NCBI GenBank assembly: GCA_965237525.1
Contig: CBDEFO010000008.1
Span: 512,001-576,000 of the forward strand
DNA: 64,000 nt
Direction of reading: 5' to 3'
Origin: Candidatus Latescibacterota bacterium
Lineage (GTDB): Bacteria; Latescibacterota; CBDEFO01
The notes beneath the pieces are model-generated. The model was not told the DNA's origin, made no database searches, and saw only the letters and a list, made by a program, of their open reading frames with translations. This document shows, piece by piece, positions 59,912-64,000 of this stretch. Position numbers and translations under genes: made by a program. Position 1 is the stretch's first letter; every line of letters begins with the position of its first letter.

Positions 59912-61885
59912 TTACCATGCTATCGATTCATTTGAAACGAACCGCTGAACCTTATTCCATCGGGTTGTGTCAGTTCGGTAATAATCCCGCTGGTAGAGTG
60001 GGCAAAACCGGCCGCGAGGGTAGATGTCCACCACCTCGTTGCCACGTGTGATTAAGTGGTAGTGCTGGCACTCTATATCAGTTTCCCTTCTACGTTCTGA
60101 GATCGGGAACGACATCGTAACCTCGTCCTTCCCGGCAACCGGCCCCACAAGGGCATATCTCTTGTCCCAGTTGAGCTGGCGTTTCTTGCCGTTGATCTTG
60201 CACGATACCTGCTGGGGAGTTACCCATTCAGGGATTCGGACGCGCAACTCTTTGCATGCCCGCTTGACGACGATGTCCACCTGACCGGTATACGGAATGT
60301 GGCTATGCACGTCGGCCCACCTGGACGGACGATTCAAGAGCAGGTTCACGGTGAGTGTGCCTCGATCATAGGTGAGCATGTGCTCCCAGATGTAGTAGAG
60401 GGCGCGGGTGGCGTTGCCGGTGCAGCAGTGCATGATGCCCGAGCCGTGTCCGATAAACCAGTCGTTAGCGGTCGGCCAACCCGCAAAGGCTCCAACGTTG
60501 CGCTCGGGCACACGATCACAGGTATCGGATAAGATCGACATGGGTGCGGGAGCCTTAGGGTCCTCGCGACTGGTATCGATGTCACTAATTCCTTCGCCCA
60601 TGGCCGAGGGTGGAATCCGGGTCTTGCTGGTCACCATTCCCCCTTCGGCACTGTGGTAAACCCATTCCGGTCGAAGTAGCTGCCCTTCGGCGAACATATT
60701 GCGGATCCAGCGGTCGGCGTCGTCCCAGTAATCGCCCAGGCCGGCGGCGCTGAGTTTCAGCGCCAAGCCGATCATCCCCGCCACCTCGCAAAGTTCGGAG
60801 GTCTCAAGCTCCGCGTAGTTGTCTATGTTCTCGGGGAAATAGCCCAACAGAGCATTGCCTTTGGTCCTGGCCCATTCGAATGAGTGTCGCACAAAATCCG
60901 CCAGATTAGCGTCGCCAACTGCCAGTGCATGATCCAGCGTGCCCAGCAGCGGCACCATGTGATGCTGGAAATGAATCAGGTTGTTAACCGGCGGCGGGCC
61001 CGGGTTGAAGCCTTGGCCGTCGCGGGCCCATCCTTCGTCCATCTCTCCTTGCCCGCCGTAATTGGGTAGGAATTCGCCGTCAGGCCCATAGTACCGGCCG
61101 TGATGGACGAGGTAACGGGTCAGCCTGCCGGCCAGGTCTACCGCTGGTTCGAAACCGCTTACGCGGTGATATTGTGCCAAGCCGTGTATGGTCCAGCCGA
61201 CCAGACTGGCCCATACACCCAAAGGCAGCGCGGCCTCGCGCACCCGCCGCGTACCGGGAGAAAACCCGCCCTGAGGGAAGAAGGCATAGTCATCTTTCTG
61301 GATTGCGATACTCCGCAGGCCATGGACAACCTTCTGAATCTCTTTGTCCCACGGGCCAGGGGAATCGCGCAGCATGTAAATTGTCATAGCACCAATCATC
61401 CTGCCGCAAAACATCGCCACCGAATAGTGTTTGGCTCCCTTGGGACATGGCTCACACCAGTCGGGGTATCTACTCCATGGAAAAGTTGGCCAATAGACCA
61501 GACCATCTGGGCCGATCGTCCCCAGCGCTGTCTTCATCCATGCCGGATCAACGCGGTCGTTGAGGGCGGCTCCGCTGGCCAACCGCATCAGCGGCAACGA
61601 TTCCATAAACTTGATTTGACAGATATCCGAAGGCCCATGCGACATGCTCGGCGGATTCGAGCGGAAGTTGACGCGGAAGTAAAGCAGGTAGTCCTTATCG
61701 GGGTCCGTTGGACCGGTCAGGCCGTTGACCGCCAGGGCGATGCGCTGCTGGATGTCGAGCGTGTCGGGTGCCATTACCTCGTAAGAACGCCCGCCGTAGG
61801 ACGGGACGTCAAACGACGGTATTGTCTGACGAATGTGCTCAACCAGGCCACGCCGCGATGCGGGTTTCGAGTTGTTGCTGTTCAT
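59912..61885 (-). CDS. GH127-like protein, paralog of 44456-46330
   Basis: ELC and HCCTGN motifs, GLGDYWDD.DR..RN, VRIPEW, RGN.VVD. Confidence 0.7.
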   Translation of the reverse strand: MNSNNSKPASRRGLVEHIRQTIPSFDVPSYGGRSYEVMAPDTLDIQQRIALAVNGLTGPTDPDKDYLLYFRVNFRSNPPSMSHGPSDICQIKFMESLPLMRLASGAALNDRVDPAWMKTALGTIGPDGLVYWPTFPWSRYPDWCEPCPKGAKHYSVAMFCGRMIGAMTIYMLRDSPGPWDKEIQKVVHGLRSIAIQKDDYAFFPQGGFSPGTRRVREAALPLGVWASLVGWTIHGLAQYHRVSGFEPAVDLAGRLTRYLVHHGRYYGPDGEFLPNYGGQGEMDEGWARDGQGFNPGPPPVNNLIHFQHHMVPLLGTLDHALAVGDANLADFVRHSFEWARTKGNALLGYFPENIDNYAELETSELCEVAGMIGLALKLSAAGLGDYWDDADRWIRNMFAEGQLLRPEWVYHSAEGGMVTSKTRIPPSAMGEGISDIDTSREDPKAPAPMSILSDTCDRVPERNVGAFAGWPTANDWFIGHGSGIMHCCTGNATRALYYIWEHMLTYDRGTLTVNLLLNRPSRWADVHSHIPYTGQVDIVVKRACKELRVRIPEWVTPQQVSCKINGKKRQLNWDKRYALVGPVAGKDEVTMSFPISERRRETDIECQHYHLITRGNEVVDIYPRGRFCPLYQRDYYRTDTTRWNKVQRFVSNESIAW

Positions 61886-62257
61886 GACATACCTCCATAG
61901 AAGACCTTATCTCTCTGCCTCTCCACCATTTCACAATTCTGGGAATATCCCCAGGACAAGAGTCAGTTTGTCCCAGCAAAACTTGTATACAGCCAATCAG
62001 ACGCAAAGCGACTAATCGTGTCAGACAGTATATGAACCGTTCTGTCTCATTTCAGGGACTTCCTTGCTTCAGACGAACTATGTGCAGCTAATACGGAGCA
62101 TGTATAGCATATGTTCGAAAAGAAGGATACAAGGTCATATGTTCATCAGGAGGGAAGATACAACAGCCAATAGTGGATGTCAACGAAAACTTCTCAGTTC
62201 AAGACATTTTCACACTATTCAGCTTGTCTAAGATAAGCACCCTTGTAATAATCAAAA

Positions 62258-62420
62258 GGAATAGATCGTGATGATGTCTGGCGGGCTGTGTATTCAATCC
62301 TCCGTGAGCTTCTGGGCAGAAGGATAACAAGCTTTTCTCATTGAGACCAGCAGCGCACCTTCGCCACGCAGCTCTTGGATCAAGGTATGCCGATATGGTC
62401 ACTACAGTCTGTAGGACCTA
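62258..62420 (+). pseudogene. Tyrosine recombinase C-terminal remnant
   Basis: SH*DQQRTFATQLLDQGMPIWSLQ resembles the H-x-x-R box. Confidence 0.5.
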
Positions 62421-62721
62421 TTTTTTTGAAGATCCAAAATGGATCTGGGATCTTAGTGGCCCAGTAAGGACATGGATCGTCTGATCGCCCGTGGCTTCGG
62501 TGCTCCCTTAGAAGAGACGACGTACTGGGACAACCCTGACACGCCGGAGTGCCAGGAGATACGTGCCAGAAGGCGAGAAGGATCAAGGAAGAGTCAAGAT
62601 TTTTGTTGACCGCAAGGAGAAAATATGTTAGAATTCGGATTACCTGAATTGAAAAGGAAAACTTCCGCTGCTGCAGATTTAGTTTTTCCAAAACTGTATG
62701 CCTTTAGAGAGGAAAAATACA

Positions 62722-63510
62722 ATGAAAGCTAAGGAGATTATGGAGCATTTTCAGGAGATCGGAACCTGGGTGGATTGGGAGAACACGGATGACCAGTTCC
62801 TGCACGGCGATCCGGACGCGGAAGTAGAAGGGGTTGCAACGGTCTGGAGCCCAACTAATGCTGCGCTGAAGGAGGCCTCTGATAAGGGACTCAACGTGTT
62901 TATCACCCATGAACCGGCGTTCTACCTCGGTTACCAGGGAACCCCCTCAGCGGATCGACTGGTAAGGGAAAAGAGGCAGTTGCTGGATGAACTAAACATT
63001 ACTATGATGCGTTGTCACGACCTGTGGGACCTTATGCCGGAAGTGGGGGTCCCCGATACGTGGGCAGCTCTTTTCGGTTTCGAGATGGAGCCGCGTCCAT
63101 CGGACTCCTACTACAAGATCTGCTTGTTGGGGAATATGACCGTGGAGGAGGCAGCCAAGCATGTTCTCCAGAAAGTGAGGAGCCTTGGACAAGATACGGT
63201 GCTCATATTCGGTGACAGGCAGAAACGAGTCAGTCGCATGGCTGTCGGCACAGGGGCCATTACCTATCTGCCGAGCATGTATGAGCTTAACGCCGACCTT
63301 CTTCTGGCAACCGATGATGGCATGAGATTCTGGGGTGGATGGCAAAGCGGAGGCCTTTGGGCTGCGGATTTGGGGATACCTGTTCTCATAGTCAATCATG
63401 CCACTGCAGAGAAGCGGGGAATGCAGGAGATGGCACCATACCTTAGAAGAATATTCCCGGGATTACGCGTTGAGTATGTGGATGTTGAGTTCCCTTACAG
63501 TAGTTTATGA
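62722..63510 (+). CDS. Nif3-like dinuclear metal centre protein
   Basis: T.D....GDP, FITHEP.FY, R.HD.WD, H...E..GM. Confidence 0.85.
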   Translation: MKAKEIMEHFQEIGTWVDWENTDDQFLHGDPDAEVEGVATVWSPTNAALKEASDKGLNVFITHEPAFYLGYQGTPSADRLVREKRQLLDELNITMMRCHDLWDLMPEVGVPDTWAALFGFEMEPRPSDSYYKICLLGNMTVEEAAKHVLQKVRSLGQDTVLIFGDRQKRVSRMAVGTGAITYLPSMYELNADLLLATDDGMRFWGGWQSGGLWAADLGIPVLIVNHATAEKRGMQEMAPYLRRIFPGLRVEYVDVEFPYSSL

Positions 63511-63715
63511 ATGAAACTCTCGAGAAGAACGAGTCTCCAACTCCGCCTTTAATGAGCAGAGATCAGCTCCGCTGACTTAGGTAACTCAAAACGTTCTGGG
63601 CCAGTTCATCAGTAATTTGAGTATTACCTTTCTGGAGACCGACTTTCACGCAGAGAGATCTATCTTGGGATATCAACACTGCAATGGAAAGATCGGAGAA
63701 TTCATTACGGCTTAG

Positions 63716-64000
63716 AAGCCTTGTGAAAAACGCTTAGATTCAGAAAGTAGTATAGAACAAGCATTGATAAAGCAGCTCCGATGTATTATATTATGTTATT
63801 GATAATATTATACATGGAGGAAACAATGACCCCACAAGAGCAGGAACAGACAAATCCGATGTTTCACTATTTTCAGATGGAGGATTTAGTTCCCGAGGAT
63901 TATATCCTTCGTCAGATTGATGAGGCAGTTGATTTTTCATTTGTACGAGACGTTGTATCAGATTGTTATTGCCCTGACAATGGCAGACCCGGTATTGATC
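63716..64000 (+). mobile_element. Second IS1182-type copy, left end and transposase start (ATG 63826), runs off window
   Basis: Same TIR and leader as 31667 inward; substitutions K>E, H>Y, I>V. Confidence 0.93.

Noticed and set aside
61970..62035. c-di-GMP-I riboswitch (GCAAA...GACGCAAAG)
   Set aside because: No GNRA-capped stem or convincing second stem, and no downstream gene in that orientation nearby

Overview
Bacterial chromosome segment, roughly 50% GC by eye, using standard code 11 (TGA is a genuine stop, e.g. the ATGA overlaps tatD/rsmA and ruvC/ruvA). The gene order resembles FCB-group or similar uncultured lineages (inference only). 1-27 kb is mostly minus-strand housekeeping genes: rsmA, tatD, metG, PSP1/RicT (two internal stops), holB, accD, PNP, rimI, tsaB, ruvBAC, yebC, EF-G2, M24 peptidase, glmS, an AbfD/HpaB-family flavoprotein and DUF885. 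These are interrupted by small foreign inserts, including an integron-type GNAT cassette with an attC. 27-33 kb holds a DUF2294 / attenuator leader / Lrp-AsnC domain / KamA-family radical SAM / second DUF2294 locus, an IS1182-type element, and then the most unusual feature: a non-coding head-to-tail array of three ~0.4-kb highly base-paired units (31705-32846) with a variable-copy 17-bp insert, closed by an intrinsic terminator. 33-64 kb is an accessory mosaic: a Tm-1/PEP-hydrolase pair, duplicated sialidase-like genes, two secreted 42-aa TPR arrays with hypervariable positions, two GH127-like genes, IS3, Spy-like proteins, tRNA-Val, a ~275-bp promoter-bearing inverted repeat pair, a degenerate tRNA/att remnant, a DUF3883-HD-hydrolase-small-protein cluster, and a second IS1182 copy at the window edge. 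All product calls come from motif recognition by eye; no database searches were run.
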